Below, piece by piece: positions 1 through 12,976 of a stretch of 64,000 bases of DNA. Below the pieces are notes generated by a model. The model was given only the letters and a program-made list of their open reading frames with translations. It was not told where the DNA came from and ran no database searches. Numbering within the stretch: the first letter of the stretch is position 1; each line of letters starts with the position of its first letter. The position numbers and the translations under genes were made by a program. This stretch comes from Guillardia theta CCMP2712. Taxonomy: Eukaryota > Protista > Cryptophyta. The stretch spans positions 700,188 through 764,187 of the forward strand of contig NW_005434671.1 of assembly GCF_000315625.1 (NCBI RefSeq). The letters run 5' to 3'.

Positions 1-997
1 CGCATTGATGCATTTTAAGCTACAGACTTATGCAGACCTTTCTCACGTATCAAAAGCAAGATTTTTCAAGTATTTGTCAGAGTTGATACCACAAATCTTT
101 GGAATCCCTGAAACTTTCGCACTCATCAACTCGCGGTGGATACCCTTCTCTCAAACGTGGTTTCATGATTGACATGTCGAGCAGTCCCTTTGAAAAGCAA
201 AAGGTTTTCGACGTGTTTGTATGTGGCGAATTGTTTAAGCTCATTGAAGACCTCGTTGTAGCGATTGGGCGGTGACGTCATGCACTATCGCACGACAGAA
301 ATGATTTTTTAACCACGCAGGGTGCAATCTTGTCGAAAGATCATCATTTTATCATGCCTTGAAGGGCTCCTTCCGTTCTTGCTCAAATGCCGCTTCCCCA
401 AGATTGAAATTGTTGTTTGAGGCTGCTGTGAAACTCTCTGATCTTCAGGCAGGTCATACAAGGAAACTCACTTGAGCAGAGCACCGGCAGCTGGATCAGC
501 ACCTTCTGTGAAGTCATTGATGCTGCAAACGGTGTTTGGAGCAAAGAAGATGTCAGCATGAGCTTAACCATGAGGAGTAGTCGTTGCTGGAAAGACGAGC
601 TTGACCCTGAGACTCTGGTCTTTTGTGGACGGAGTTCGAACCACGAAGTCTTAGAATGTATCACTGAAGCGAAGAAAAAGAGCAGTATTTGGGCTGTTGT
701 TCCTGACCATGACGAGAATGGATTCTTCAACAAATTTAGAGCAAACCTACACAATGATTCTTTTACATCCGACATTGCATATGCTCTCAGTAGCGGAGTT
801 CTTGCACACAGGTTAGTCATCCAACCTTCATTATTGTCCATGAACGATTTGTTACCAGATTTCAAGGGCAAATGATATCAGAGATAGACAAGGGGTTGAG
901 TGACAGATACCTCTTCATTGCAGGTGGACTGAATACTAGCACTAAGCCTTTCGGCATTGGAAGAAAAGTTCGCAGCAAAGTGCGATCACAGCAGTGA
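1..997 (+). CDS. 3' part of a multi-exon hypothetical protein (truncated by window start)
   Basis: ORF 558-875 plus flanking short introns; an apparent GC-AG intron at ~868-923 leads to a last exon GGLNTSTKPFGIGRKVRSKVRSQQ* (TGA 995-997). No family recognised. Confidence 0.4.
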
Positions 998-1327
998 GAA
1001 AGATTTGTAAATAATTGTATCGTTTAGACTCTTTTAAAACTGTTTATGAATATTGAGGAAAAGGTGAAGCAACATTCTCAAAACAAAGCGAACGGATTCT
1101 TCGTCGTTACAAGCGCAATGGCTGCAATGCTTTGGTCCATCAGAAGATAGCACATCGACGAACAGCTTCAACTCCGAGATTCGCATCGGAAGGGAAATAC
1201 AATTCACAATGTCCTTTCAAAAAATAGAGATTAACTCCAGAGACCAACCTGTGGAACCTTGTATCGCGAAGTTTTGTACATCTGAGCAGATCATCGTGCA
1301 CGTTCAGTGTAAAAAACGGTCAAGCCT

Positions 1328-2341
1328 TCAGACTCGATGATTTTGCCTCTTGGGCACGGGAGCAAATATTTGCACCCTCCGATTTTTGCAGTCAGCCACA
1401 ACGATATTTCCACTCTCATCGACGGCAACTCCACCCGGCACGTTCAACTCACCGAGTTTCGAGCCACTAGAACCGATTGATCGCACAAACCTCCCGTTGG
1501 CATCAAGTACTTGCAGCCTATGATTCTTAGCATCCGCTACAACAATGTTTCCCGCCTCATCCAATGCCAAACCCATGGGGCAATTGAATTCCCCTTCGCT
1601 CTCTCCTTGCCGCCCCCAAACGCACACGAAGTCGCCGTCGTCAGTAAAGACCTGCAGGCGATTGTTCTGACAATCAGACACAACTATTCTCCCGCTCTTG
1701 TCTACAACCACGCCAACTGGGGCGTTAAGTTCCCCATTGCCATCTCCCGCCTTCCCGAATGTCCTGAGGAAGGTACCATCCGCTGCGAAGACCTGTATCC
1801 GATGATTACCCCAGTCTGACACGAAAATGTTCTGTTTTCCATCGAAAGCAACTCCCATAGGATACATGAGTTCCCCATCCCCCTTGCCCTCTCGCCCCAT
1901 TGTACACGCCATTCCCCCATCCTTGGCAAAAACTTGCACTCGATGATTTCTAGAATCGGCAACAGCAAAACGTCCATGCGAATCGATCGCAATGCCGACC
2001 GGAAAGCTAAGTTGTCCATCGCCATTTCCTCTCGAGCCCAACGTCTTCTGTAGAGTCCCATCTGTTCCACTATAAATCATGACCTGATGGCTGCCATAAC
2101 TGGTGACAGCGATCGTCCCGTCGTCAACGATGGCAACATATCGTGGCTCTAACCCGGCTTCCTCTATTGCAAAGACTTCCCCAGCTTGCATCGGCCTAAC
2201 ACTTGTCTTGACACTCGCCGCATCAAGAATCTTATGGATTAGAAGATCATCTAAGCCATGCATGATCGAAGAAGCCCCCAGACGTCTTTGCGCCACCATG
2301 GCAAACGCCAGCTTCATATCTTGAGACAACTCAACCACCAT
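1328..2341 (-). CDS. NHL-repeat (six-bladed beta-propeller) protein with short helical N-terminal module
   Basis: Intronless 337-aa ORF with about six repeats of the type G-x-G-x-G-E/Q-L-x-x-P-x-G-[IV]-A-x-D-x-x-G-x-I-x-V-x-D-x-x-N-H-R-[IVL]-Q-[VI]-F, the NHL signature. Confidence 0.92.
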   Translation of the reverse strand: MVVELSQDMKLAFAMVAQRRLGASSIMHGLDDLLIHKILDAASVKTSVRPMQAGEVFAIEEAGLEPRYVAIVDDGTIAVTSYGSHQVMIYSGTDGTLQKTLGSRGNGDGQLSFPVGIAIDSHGRFAVADSRNHRVQVFAKDGGMACTMGREGKGDGELMYPMGVAFDGKQNIFVSDWGNHRIQVFAADGTFLRTFGKAGDGNGELNAPVGVVVDKSGRIVVSDCQNNRLQVFTDDGDFVCVWGRQGESEGEFNCPMGLALDEAGNIVVADAKNHRLQVLDANGRFVRSIGSSGSKLGELNVPGGVAVDESGNIVVADCKNRRVQIFAPVPKRQNHRV

Positions 2342-2799
2342 ACCACTTCAAAATAAAGCCCTTATCGAAATTCCAATTAAATTTGGAGAAGTTGCCAGTA
2401 TTTCAACACATCAAAGCTTGGCTACCGCATGAGATGTCAAGTATCAGAATCGACTCTGCGCCGAGCCTCTGCTGTTCCTAACTTGACACTGTCCTGCATC
2501 AAAGTCAGAGAAAATCAACTCCGAGAATCTTCTGAGCGTACCAGCTGAGCATAACCAATGATAGCAGCATCTTCGTCCTATTTCACGATCAAGGAGAGCC
2601 AAAGGCAGATCACCAAGAATTTGCTCAAATTGCCCTCAAGGCCACCACCATCTCAGAGGTTCAAGTGGGCTTGTTGGAAGCTCGAAGAGGTAGGGAAATG
2701 TTCCAAGCGTTGTCTGCTGTTCTTCCTCCTTGTCTCCCTGCTCTCTCTCTCCCTCTGCTTGCTCACCCTCAGCCTCTCCTCCTCACCTTCCATCGCTCA

Positions 2800-3460
2800 A
2801 CCCCCATGAGTCCGCTCCCGTCGACCCCCCTCCTTGAACCCCCTTTAAAACCACATGGACCCTGTACCCCATGTGTGTGAGTTACCCAACTCAAACATAT
2901 CACCCTACCTCCTATTCGGCCCCATTTCATTGGAAGATTGGGGGTCCCCACACGGTACCCTCAAGCTCACCTCCTACCTCCTACCCACCCCACACCCAAT
3001 TGATCCTATCTTGCTCTACCCTACCCCTACTATTCCCCTCGGCCTCCACACCCACCCCGTTTGGATTACTCATCCCTTTGGCTTCAAGAGTTTGGTGAAT
3101 TTTCTTTTGTAAACTGAGATTTTCAAATATTATGGTAAAATTACATATGATCTGGGCTAATTTTGATAAACCTACCCACCTTCCCATTGCACGCAAACTC
3201 CACCCCTCATGGAATATTTCCACTACCCCCCTTTCCCTCCACCCCTTATGATGCTTTTTGGACAACCCGTACTCATAAAAACCAATCATTTTATGTTTTC
3301 CCCGCCTACCCCCTCTGACCCAGTTTCGCCCGAAAACTATGAAGTGAGGCGGACTCGGGAGCTCTAATTCCGATGCATTGAAAGGGTGGTGGATCGAATT
3401 ATTTTTTTTGATACCATGCCCCTCAAACTGATAGCAATTCAGGGGTAGGGGTACAAAAAT
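2800..3460. repeat. ACCC/TACCC-rich low-complexity intergenic block between divergent genes
   Basis: Dense ACCC/TACCC words on + (2820-3320), switching to GGGT/GGGGTAGGGGTA at 3380-3455; lies between the NHL (-) and PX-TPR (+) starts. Confidence 0.5.
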
Positions 3461-3626
3461 GTCTATCCAATTTTAGATGAGTAAAAAGTGACGTCAGATT
3501 GTTCGATCACGTAATTTGGAAGCAGAAATGGCTGGAGCGGTGCGACGGGGCCACCGCTAGGGAGGCAGAGGGCAGGCAGGAGGCGGAGAAAGTGCCGAGC
3601 CCGGAGGAACAAGAGGAGACTCCTTC

Positions 3627-6600
3627 ATGCCTCCTGAGACGAACAAGGACTTCGAGTTCAAGTCCCTCAGCGTGTTCCCCTCAAATCCCCCGTCCTCTGA
3701 GTTCCAGTTTCTGGTCAGAAGGGACGAAGCATGGCACGAGTACGACTTCTTCCGGGCTGAAACGTGGAACTCTCACACCCTGAAATATGAGGAGAGAAAA
3801 AGTGGCATTCGATCCGTCATCACAAAGACCGAGACGAGAGGTCCGTATTCGAGGCCCTTCACCGTGTATTTTGTGCACACCAAGACAGCGTTCAGTGTGA
3901 AGGGAGTTTGCAAACGTTTCAGCGATTTCAAAGAGTTAGACCAAAAGATCAAGAAGCAATTCAAGAACTTCCAATGTCCGTTCCCTCCTGACAAAGTATT
4001 CAACGCTCTGCAACCTGAGTTCGTGAATGAGAGGAAAAAGCAGCTACAACGTTACCTGGACGATGCTCTTGCTGTCCCCGAGATTGCTGCATATCCAGAA
4101 CTACACAGCTTCCTCAATATTCCCGAATATAACGACTACGTCTCCCAGGAGCAGGAACAAGTTAAGAAGGAACAAAAGCGATTCTCGAATCCAGAAAGCG
4201 AAAAACCTGAAACGTATCTCCGTCTGATAGATCACGCCAAGTCATCTGGTGACCGAATCAGCGAAGCACAGGCATTCAATGCCTTGGGCATTTTGTACTG
4301 CGAGATGGGATTGGATCCGCAGGGCATAGAATGCCTTGAAAGCTCGCTCGAGCTGTGCAGGGTGGAAGGTGACCAAGATGGTACTCGCATTCTGTTGTCC
4401 AATCTCGCTTGTGCGCATAACAAGCAAGAGTGTCACTCTCTTGCTCTCTCGTGCTTGAAGGAGTGCGACGATCTGCAAGGCGAAGATGCGCAAGCACAGG
4501 CACAAACCAAGATCAAGTTGGCTCTGACCTCCTCAGCAAACGGCGAGCAGTACGAGGCTGTTGAGTTCTGTTTACGTGCTCTTGAACTGAGTAAGAACCT
4601 CGAGGACCAGGTCCTCGAAGCCACCTGCCTCTTCACACTTGGCACTATATATTACGATGCTGGAGAAGTGCGCCAGGCGGTAGAGGCTTTCGAAAGGTGT
4701 CTGGTTCTGCGAAGGAAGACAAGGAACAAGATTGGTTTAGCTGAAACGCTGAATAAGCTTGGATTGACATACTGTGATATTGGATACGACCTGAGGGCGA
4801 TCGACTACTTTGAACAAAGTCTCGTGATTTGTGAGGATAGTGCAGATCTGCATGGCCAAGCTGTATGCTTGCAACACCTTGGCAATGTGTTCAAGATGCA
4901 GAAAGATAACAAGCTGGCAATAGACTTTTTTGAGCGATGCTTGTCTGTCCGTGAAAAGATAGATGATAAACGTGGATGCGCGGATTGTCATGAGAGGTAT
5001 GCAATTTTTAAAGATTGAGTCCTCCTGATATTCCTTGCAGTCTTGGTTTAGTGTTTTATGGACTAGGGAACTTCAAGATTGCAACAGAACATTATGAAAA
5101 AGCCTTGTCGGTAAGAATCGCTCTAGGAGATAGAGCTGCGCAGAGTGAATGCTACAAGAGCCTTGGAACAGCTTATATTCGGATGGAAGATACAGGAAAA
5201 GCAGTGCAATCCTTTGAACATTGCTTGCAATTGCAAAAACAAATAGGAAATGACAATGGTATTGTGGATGCACTCATTTCCTTGGGGCTTGCATATTTCA
5301 AAGCTGGCGACAATCAGGCTTCAGTCAAACATCTTGAAGATGCCTTGATGTGGTTCGAATTCTTGCCTGAGGAGGATGCTGCTTCCAGCACTGGCAAAGC
5401 TGTGTGTCTTGACCACCTTGGAAACGTTTACAGTAAAATGGGGAGGCCATCAAAGGCGGTTGAGCACTACAAGAAGAGCTTGGTTGTCAAAAGAGAAATC
5501 AATGACATGACCGGCGAAGCTCGTTGTCGAGTTCGCATTGGCCTGGAATATTTGTCGCTTTCCAACCTTCAAGAAGCATATTATGAATTTGAATCCGCGC
5601 TGAAATTGTTCGAAAAGCTTGAAGATGATCATGGCATAGCCATTTGCTACGAAAACTTAGGTCTACTGCTTATTTGTCAATTCGTTCCGCTTGCTTGCTA
5701 AGCCCATGAACAGGCGACACTTTGATGAAGCTGGGTGAGTTGCAAGAAGCGATCATCGCGTATGAGAAGTGTTTACCGATCAAGGTGGGTCCAGTTTCCA
5801 GAGATTATGGAGTCTTATGTTCATGGCAGGTTGAGACGTGGGACAAAGTTGGGGAGGCGCAATGTTTGGACAACTTGGGGCTGGCTCACTACTCTTTGGG
5901 TGATCTGAACAAAGCAGCCGAATATTACGAACAGAGCATGGCGATTTGGAAGTCTGAGGGTGAAAAGCATGCGCTGCTGACGTGTTGTGAGAGTCTAGGG
6001 GGAGTCTGCTTCCACCTGGAAGAGCACCTGCGCTCCATCGAATGCTACGTGCAGTATTTGACCCTGTCGCAAGAGGTTGGAGATGGTTCGTCCGATCACG
6101 AAATCTTGTACAGACTTGGTCTCTCTAATGCTGCCATCGGTGAATACTCCGTCTCCCTTGAGTTTCTCCGACAAGCCATGACTTCGTTCATTGAGCTCGG
6201 AGACATCAAAAACAGAACAGCTTGCCTCCAGAACATTGGTATGGTGCAAGGAAAGCTAGGACAGTTCTTTGAAGGGTTGAAATCACTTGAACAAGCTCTG
6301 AAGCTCAACATGGAAATGGAAGAGCAACAAGGCATTGCCATGTGCTACAAGGAACTTGGTCTCCTCTACTACGATGAAGGGGACAATGAAAAGGCAAAAG
6401 AAAGCTTTGAGAATGCCCTTAGGTATCTGACAGAAGCGCGTGACAAGCCAGAGATTGCTACTTGCAACATGCACATCGGGGGGACTTTGGCAGCTGCTGG
6501 GGAACATAAGGAAGCCATCCAGTACTACACCACTTCCCTTGTTGTTGCAGATACCCTACACAAGGAATGGCCTCTGAAGGCAGAGTGCCTGAAGCAAATG

Positions 6601-9600
6601 GGTTGTTGCCAGGCTGCTCAAATGGATAACGCCGCTGTCCACACGTTCAATCTTGCCCTCGGGCTATGGAAGGAGAAAGGCAATAGAGCCGGTGAGGCAA
6701 ACATCCGGATGAGACTCGCCGAGTGCCACATGGCGTTCAAGCGCTATGAACGAGCTGTCGATGAGGTGAACTTGTGTCTGGAGCTCAGAAACCATCTCGG
6801 CGATCACCGAGGGCAGGCAGAATGCTATTTTCAGCTGGGCAATGCCCACGGAGTGCTTGGAGATTTCATGGCGGCAGAGGAAAGTTACACCAAGTGCATC
6901 GCCCTGAGACGCGAGCACGGCGACAGGTACGGCCTTGCAGATGCCATATCAGCTATCGGGCAGTTGATGGTTGCCAACGGAAAGGCATTGGATGGTCTAG
7001 AAAGTCACAAAGAGGCGCTTGAAATCAGACAAGGGCTGGAAGACAAGGTGGGAATAGCTGAGAGCTACAACAATCTTGCAGTCTGTTACAATCAGACGGG
7101 GGACCAAGAAAGCGCGTTGAGATATTTTCAGAGTTGTCTGGAATTGATGCAGCGGGGAAAAGACTCTGTCAGGGAATGTAAATGCCTACTCAATATGGGT
7201 GCATGCTATGCTGATCAAGGAGACTTTGCAAAAGCGATTGAAATGTTTGAACAAGCCTTGCTGGTCTGCAGGGCGTGCGGGGATTTTGAGGATGAAGCCG
7301 CCTGCTTCTGCAACATCGGAAGTGCAAATTTGCAGTTGGGGCTTATTGAAAAAGCGCTTGAATGCTACGACATTGGACTGAGAATTCTGAAGAAACTTGG
7401 CGACAAGAAGGGAGAAGGAGAATGCTTGCACAACATGGGAGCTGCCAACTTTAACAACGGCAGCACTGAGACAGCAGTGAAGCTCTTCGATGAAGCCTTT
7501 CAGATTTTCCGCTCCTTGAAGGACTCCAAATCAGCCACCATGTGCCTCAACAGCTTGAAATCAGCTTACATCCGACTTGGAGACGCGTCGCAAGCAAGTC
7601 GCTGTGTTCAATTGATGCAGGAGTACTTTCCTGACAGAGACATACAAAGTGTCACTGAGCAGCTGGAGCTGGAGCTGGAGCACGCAAAAGAATCGAAGGA
7701 TCTCGAGCAGCAGGCGCAGCTGCACTTGAAACTGGGAGACTCGTATGAGAAACTCGAGCATCTCGCCATGGAGCACTACGTGGCTGCCCTGGGGATCATG
7801 GAAGAATTCGGAAACCTGGACGGAGTCACAGAGTGTCACAAACGGATCGCCAACATCCAAATAGGGCAGGCAGACTTTGCGGGGGCTCTTGAATCCCTGG
7901 CTCATGCGGTAGCTCGGTTCGAAAGCGACCAGACCTGGAGAGACGGAGGGACTGAGAGCCTGATCTACTACGCCTCCATCTTGTACTCGATCGGCATCTG
8001 CCAACTGGCGTTGAATCAGAACGAGGAGGCCGTGGGTGCGTTCCAGCAGAGCATTTCACTGAGAGAAGAGGCGGAGGACGAGGAAGGCATTGAAGAATGC
8101 CACAATCAGCTAGGTGTTGCCTACTCCAGAATCGGAGACACGCGACGGGCAATGGCGTCTCTCTCTCGAGGTGCTGGTGGTCAATATCTCGCCGTTGAGG
8201 ACACTCCGGGGAAAGTAGTGGGGGTGAGCAGCTTGGCGTCGACTTTGATGACTCTCAAGCAGCATGAAGATGCTCGCAAAACAATCGAAAAGCATGAGAC
8301 AAACCTTGCAATCTACAAGACAAGGCACGACAAGAAGAGTGAAGCAAATTGTCACAACGTCCTTGGTCAGATGTACATTCAGACGCAGCAGCTGAACAAA
8401 GCTGTGGAGGCCTTCGACCTGTGTCAGAAGATCAGAGAGTCTCTCAACGACACGGACGGCATGGAGATTGCGATGAAACGAAAAGGCTGCGCCCTGTATC
8501 TCAGTGGGGACATGAGAAGTGCCGTTGAGGTGTTGGAGGAATACCTCTCCCTAGTCTCTCAGAACGTCGACAGGCGAGTCTTCATTAGCAAGAACTTCGA
8601 GAACTCTCGGCGAGAGGAAGTCGACGCCTGCTGCGTGCTGGGCAGCGCGTGTTACGAGATGGGGGATTTGCCGTCTGCCTCTGAGGCTCTGAAGCGAGCC
8701 CTGGCCCTCTCGCACGAGTCGGGTGATCGAGCTGGTGAAGCAAAGTGCCTGATGGCGTTCGGAGAGATGTACTCCAAGATCAGGGCGAACAAGCGAGCGA
8801 CGGAGCATCTGGAACGAGCTCTCTCGATCTGCATCGAGCTGCAGGACAAGTGCGGGGAAGCCAAGTGCGTCTCCTTGCTGGGCTTCCTGCACTATGCTCG
8901 AGGGGATACGAGCGCGTGCACCAAGTGCCTGGAAGAAGCCCTGGCGCTCTGCAAGCAGAGCCTCATCTCGTCCTCTGAAGCCGAGTGCCTCATGAACATC
9001 GCCGACATCCATTGCCGACAGGGCGACATCGTGCAAGCAAAGGCGCACTATCAACGAGCTTGCAAGCTCTGCAAGGAGCAGCTGGACTCTATGGGAGAGG
9101 CCCGAGCTCTGTGTGGACTGTCAGAGACGGACTTGTCGCTGGGGGACTCGTATGCAGCCATCGACGAGCTACTAGAGTCGCTCGCCATCCGGAAGAAAGT
9201 CGGGGACAGGAAGGGAGAAGCTGAATGTCTCCGTCGTCTCTCCCATGCTTACACACTTGTGGGCAAACTGTCAACCGCCAGGAAAGTCACGGAGCAGGCA
9301 AGACAACTTGCGATGGAGAACGGCATAGCGTTGGATGATGCCAAGGCTGACATGTTGTTGGCGAAGATTGACATGGAGGCGGGAGATCTTGATTCAGCAA
9401 TCGAAGGGCTGCAGCGAGCGAGAGACATGTATGCCAAGACAGTGATGCTGGGAAACAACAAGGTCTTCATCGATCCTCACATGCTGGGGCAGTGCTTAGG
9501 GGAGCTGGGAAACGTCTTCATGTTGGCCTCTAAGTTTGATCGAAGTCACGAGGTGTACGAGCAAGCAGAGCAACTGCTTGAAGCTGCCGAAGAGATAGAC

Positions 9601-11000
9601 GAGATCTCAAATCTCCGATGTCGCATGGGCCTTCTTGCCAGCGTTCGCAAGGATGGAAGTACGAAACCGTCGGCAGAGATGTTTGAGCATGGCTTGCAGA
9701 AAATCGCTCAGAGCTTACAGGCGTTCGAGAAGATAGGAAGTAGGAAGGGCATCGCGCGGTGTATCCTCTATACCGGCATCGTGTTGTGCCGCAAGGGGGA
9801 GCAGCAGAAGGGCATGCAGAAGTTGAGGTTAGCGCTGGACATCTTCAAGGAGTTGAGCGACAAGCGGAGCATGGCCGAGACGTTCCTCGAGATGGGGGTC
9901 CTGAGCTCGAGCTCGCCTCAGGGTGTGGTCTACCTTGAACAGAGCTTGATGCTGCGGAGAGAAGCCTCGGATCTGGCCGGGGAGGCGAAGTGCCTGCGCT
10001 CGCTTGCTGACCTCCACTCGTACCTCGGCAACTCCCGCGCAAGCATCAAAGTGAGTCCCCTCGGTGTCGTGACTTGCTTGTGACTTGTTCTCAGTGTTGG
10101 CAAGACTGCCTCAGCCTCAAGAAGGAGCTGCAAGACAACGCGGCGATCAAGCAGTGTCTGGAGCATCTCTGTGCTCTGTACATTCAGGTACTTCACGTTG
10201 AACCCCCTCCGCTCTCTGACTCTCTCACTTGGCGACAGCTGGAGGACTACTCGAGAGTGTCGGACTACATCTCTCAGCTCCGAGACATCGCGCATTCACA
10301 AAGGGACCATGACTCTGAAGCACAGGTTGCTTCCCCTCTCCATCGTGCCTCCCCCCTCACCTTGGCTCCCTAGGCGCTCTTGCTGCTGGGGAAGTGCAAC
10401 TTCAACCTTGGAAGCACCTCTGGCGCAGAAGAGAACTTCAAGCTCGCTCTCCGGATCTGCCAGGAGAACTCGAGGTAGGATCAAAGGCCCTCCACGTTTC
10501 TGCCGCCTCCTGACCTCCTGGTCGCTTGCAGTTCGGAGCAGCTGCTGGTCAGAGAAGCCGAATGCCATGACAAGTTGGCCCAGGTTCCGCTCCTCCCTCC
10601 CCCCTCGCTTCTTGTCCCGTTCCTTCGCTTTCTGCGCCTTATTGGCTCAGAAGCTGAGTTTGTTGTCAGTTGTATCTCGACCAAGGTCGCACCAAGGAGA
10701 GCCAAGTCGAGCTGGAGCAAGTCCAGAGACTGAAGAAGAAACTGGGCAAGGACATGCTGAGGTATTTGCTGCCGTCACACCGACCGGTCATCTCAACTTG
10801 TTGCTTTGTAGGGGCATCTTGAGCAAAGTGGAACGACCGAACTCGCTGAAGAAGGTGAGGAGGGATGGGAGGAGGGATGGGAAGGTGGATGGGAGGAGGG
10901 ATGGGAAGGTGGATGGGAGGAGGGATGGGAAGGTGGAAGGTTCTTGACTGTTTCGTCTGCCCTGCACAACCAGCTCTTCCACCTGAAGATGAAGACATGA
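3627..11000 (+). CDS. Large PX (phox) domain + TPR-array protein, multi-exon
   Basis: PX motifs FTVYFV...KRFSDFKELDQKIKK...FPPDK...FVNERKKQLQRYL...ELHSFL, then dozens of TPR repeats in ORFs 3627-5018, 5015-5701 and 5722-10083 joined by ~45-55 nt GT-AG introns; last exon LFHLKMKT* (TGA 10998-11000). Confidence 0.88.
10865..10940 (+). repeat. 24-bp tandem repeat (about 3 copies) in the last intron of the PX-TPR gene
   Basis: gatgggaggagggatgggaaggtg repeated head to tail. Confidence 0.85.
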
Positions 11001-11222
11001 TGGCTCGGTCTGCCGCGAACTTGTTCTGTGGAGCGTTTTTCCCTCCAAGAGCGTGTCTAATCTGGAGATGGCCATGGAGCAACATCGCGGATAGTTTTTT
11101 GAGTTCCACATGCATATGTATTGATTACATGTACGTTCAAGCGAAATGATCCCATCGATCGGTGAAGCAAGATGCTTGCAGTACTTCTTTCATAAAACGA
11201 ATATCATATGAGGTGACATCTC

Positions 11223-12346
11223 TTAAACATACTGGTTGGTGAGAGCCTCAGTCTCCTCGCTCTCCTCAACTCCGAAAGAATCTGCTCACGAGCCAGGTCA
11301 AAATCCTTCCTCCCCTCCAACACACGTCTGACCGTAGTTGAGCAAGAAGTAGAGGCCGAAGCCGACAGTGGCAATGAGGTCGGTGACACAGGCGATGCCA
11401 ACCTGGAGCAACTTTCACAACGAGCAAGGCTCTCGGAGCAAGAGGACGCTCACCTCCTGGGAGAGGCCGAGCGCAGCCGTTCCTTCCGATCCGAGGAGCC
11501 AGAGGATGGGGAAAACTCCGGTAGCGAACATGGTGATGTAGATCAACATCTGCTGGGCGGTCACATCAAGTGCAAGGAAGGTGTGAGACAGACCTTGGAG
11601 TTGTCGGTGGCATACTCGGAAGAGAGGATGCTTGCAAGCTGAACGATGACGAGCACAGCGAAGATGAAGCTCAGGAACCACCACATGTACTTGTGAGATC
11701 CGACAGACACGGACCCGATCCAGCCAGCCATGAACATCACGAGGTCGTAGCCAACAAGAGCGATCATTTGAGCGTTGTCAAGCTTGAACACAATCGAGAT
11801 GTCGACGAGCACAAGCTGCACGATTGAGGAGAAAGACAGTCAGAGCTCATGAGGTAAGTGCAAGCGACGTACAGGATAAGTGATGAGGTGACCAAGATAT
11901 CTCCCCCAGAAGATCACGCGGGGTGTTGTGTCAGAGGTCTTGTAGGTGACTCCTAGGCCGCTCCACATGGAGTAGTAGGCGATGGCTCCTGAGCAGGTGA
12001 GCAAGAAGGTGACCTGCAGTTAGAGAAGTTCAGCTGAGCTGTGGCGGCAGGAACAAACTTCACCGCATGGCTGAGGGACGTCTTCTCTCTCATGTAGTTC
12101 AAGGCGTAGAAGCAGATAGCTCCAATGAACCTAGCACACCCCGTCAGCACCTGCACATGCCGCGCGAGCACTTCATCACATTCCAATCGCCCCCAACAAG
12201 AGGAAATGCTTCACAGAGTTGGGATAGTCTTCAGGGAACGAGACTGCGCCAGCTCCTGAGTCGGTCTGGTTTCCGCCAGCCGCGGCAGTGCCGTTGCTCT
12301 GGAGAATCTCTAGAAACAGCTGAGGCATGTTCACTCTGTGATTCAT
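11223..12346 (-). CDS. Microbial (type 1) rhodopsin homolog lacking the retinal-binding lysine (Rh-noK)
   Basis: Seven exons spliced at GT-AG introns give a 7-TM protein: helix B AYYSMWSGLG, helix C WGRYLGHLITYPLVLVD, helix D YDLVMFMAGWIG, helix E MWWFLS, helix F FPILWLLGSEG, helix G TDLIATVGFG (bacteriorhodopsin DVSAKVGFG; K->T, codon at 11367-11369). Stop TAA at 11223-11225. Start at 12346 or 12328. Confidence 0.92.
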
Positions 12347-12976
12347 CTGCGTTGAGAGCAACAGTCAGACCGAGCATGCAATCATACCATCCTCTATCAA
12401 CAAAAGCCCGTCTGCTCTCTGATCCTCAGTGAAAGCAAACTGCAGGATCTTACTGTGACATCAGCGTTCTACAGTGCCTAACGTGAGCTCGAACATGCAT
12501 CTGGCGGACTAGGAGAGGACATCATGGGAAGGTTGAAGATGGTCAGGAATAGAAGACGAGGAGACAGGAACGCAGAATGAAGTCTCAACCCAAGGACCTG
12601 GTTAAGACTCCAAGGCTACTCCAGCTATATAACGAGGTTCCGTTCCAGTGGAGCGAACAAACATCAAGGAGAAAGATGAAGTGGATGGGATAGATGATGG
12701 GCGAGGCAGAGAAGAACGACAGAGGGGGGTAAAACGAAGACAGGCACGGGGGGACTGAGGTACGAAGCTGGAACGATGAGACCACGAGGAGCATGTGTGA
12801 AGGGCAGGGAGACGGGGAGAGAGGTATGCCCGAGGATCCAGAGACAAGGTAATGAAGAAGTGAGGCAGGAGAAGGGAAGGGAGACAGGATGAGATCCTCC
12901 ATAGAGCATGCGCGACCCGATAGGATCCATCGCCATAAAATGGTATGAGTTCGCTCCCCCAAAATAGATCGAGTAT

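Noticed and set aside
11223-12346. Rhodopsin as a functional channelrhodopsin or proton pump
   Set aside because: It lacks the Schiff-base lysine and the D85 counterion, so it cannot bind retinal covalently in the canonical way.
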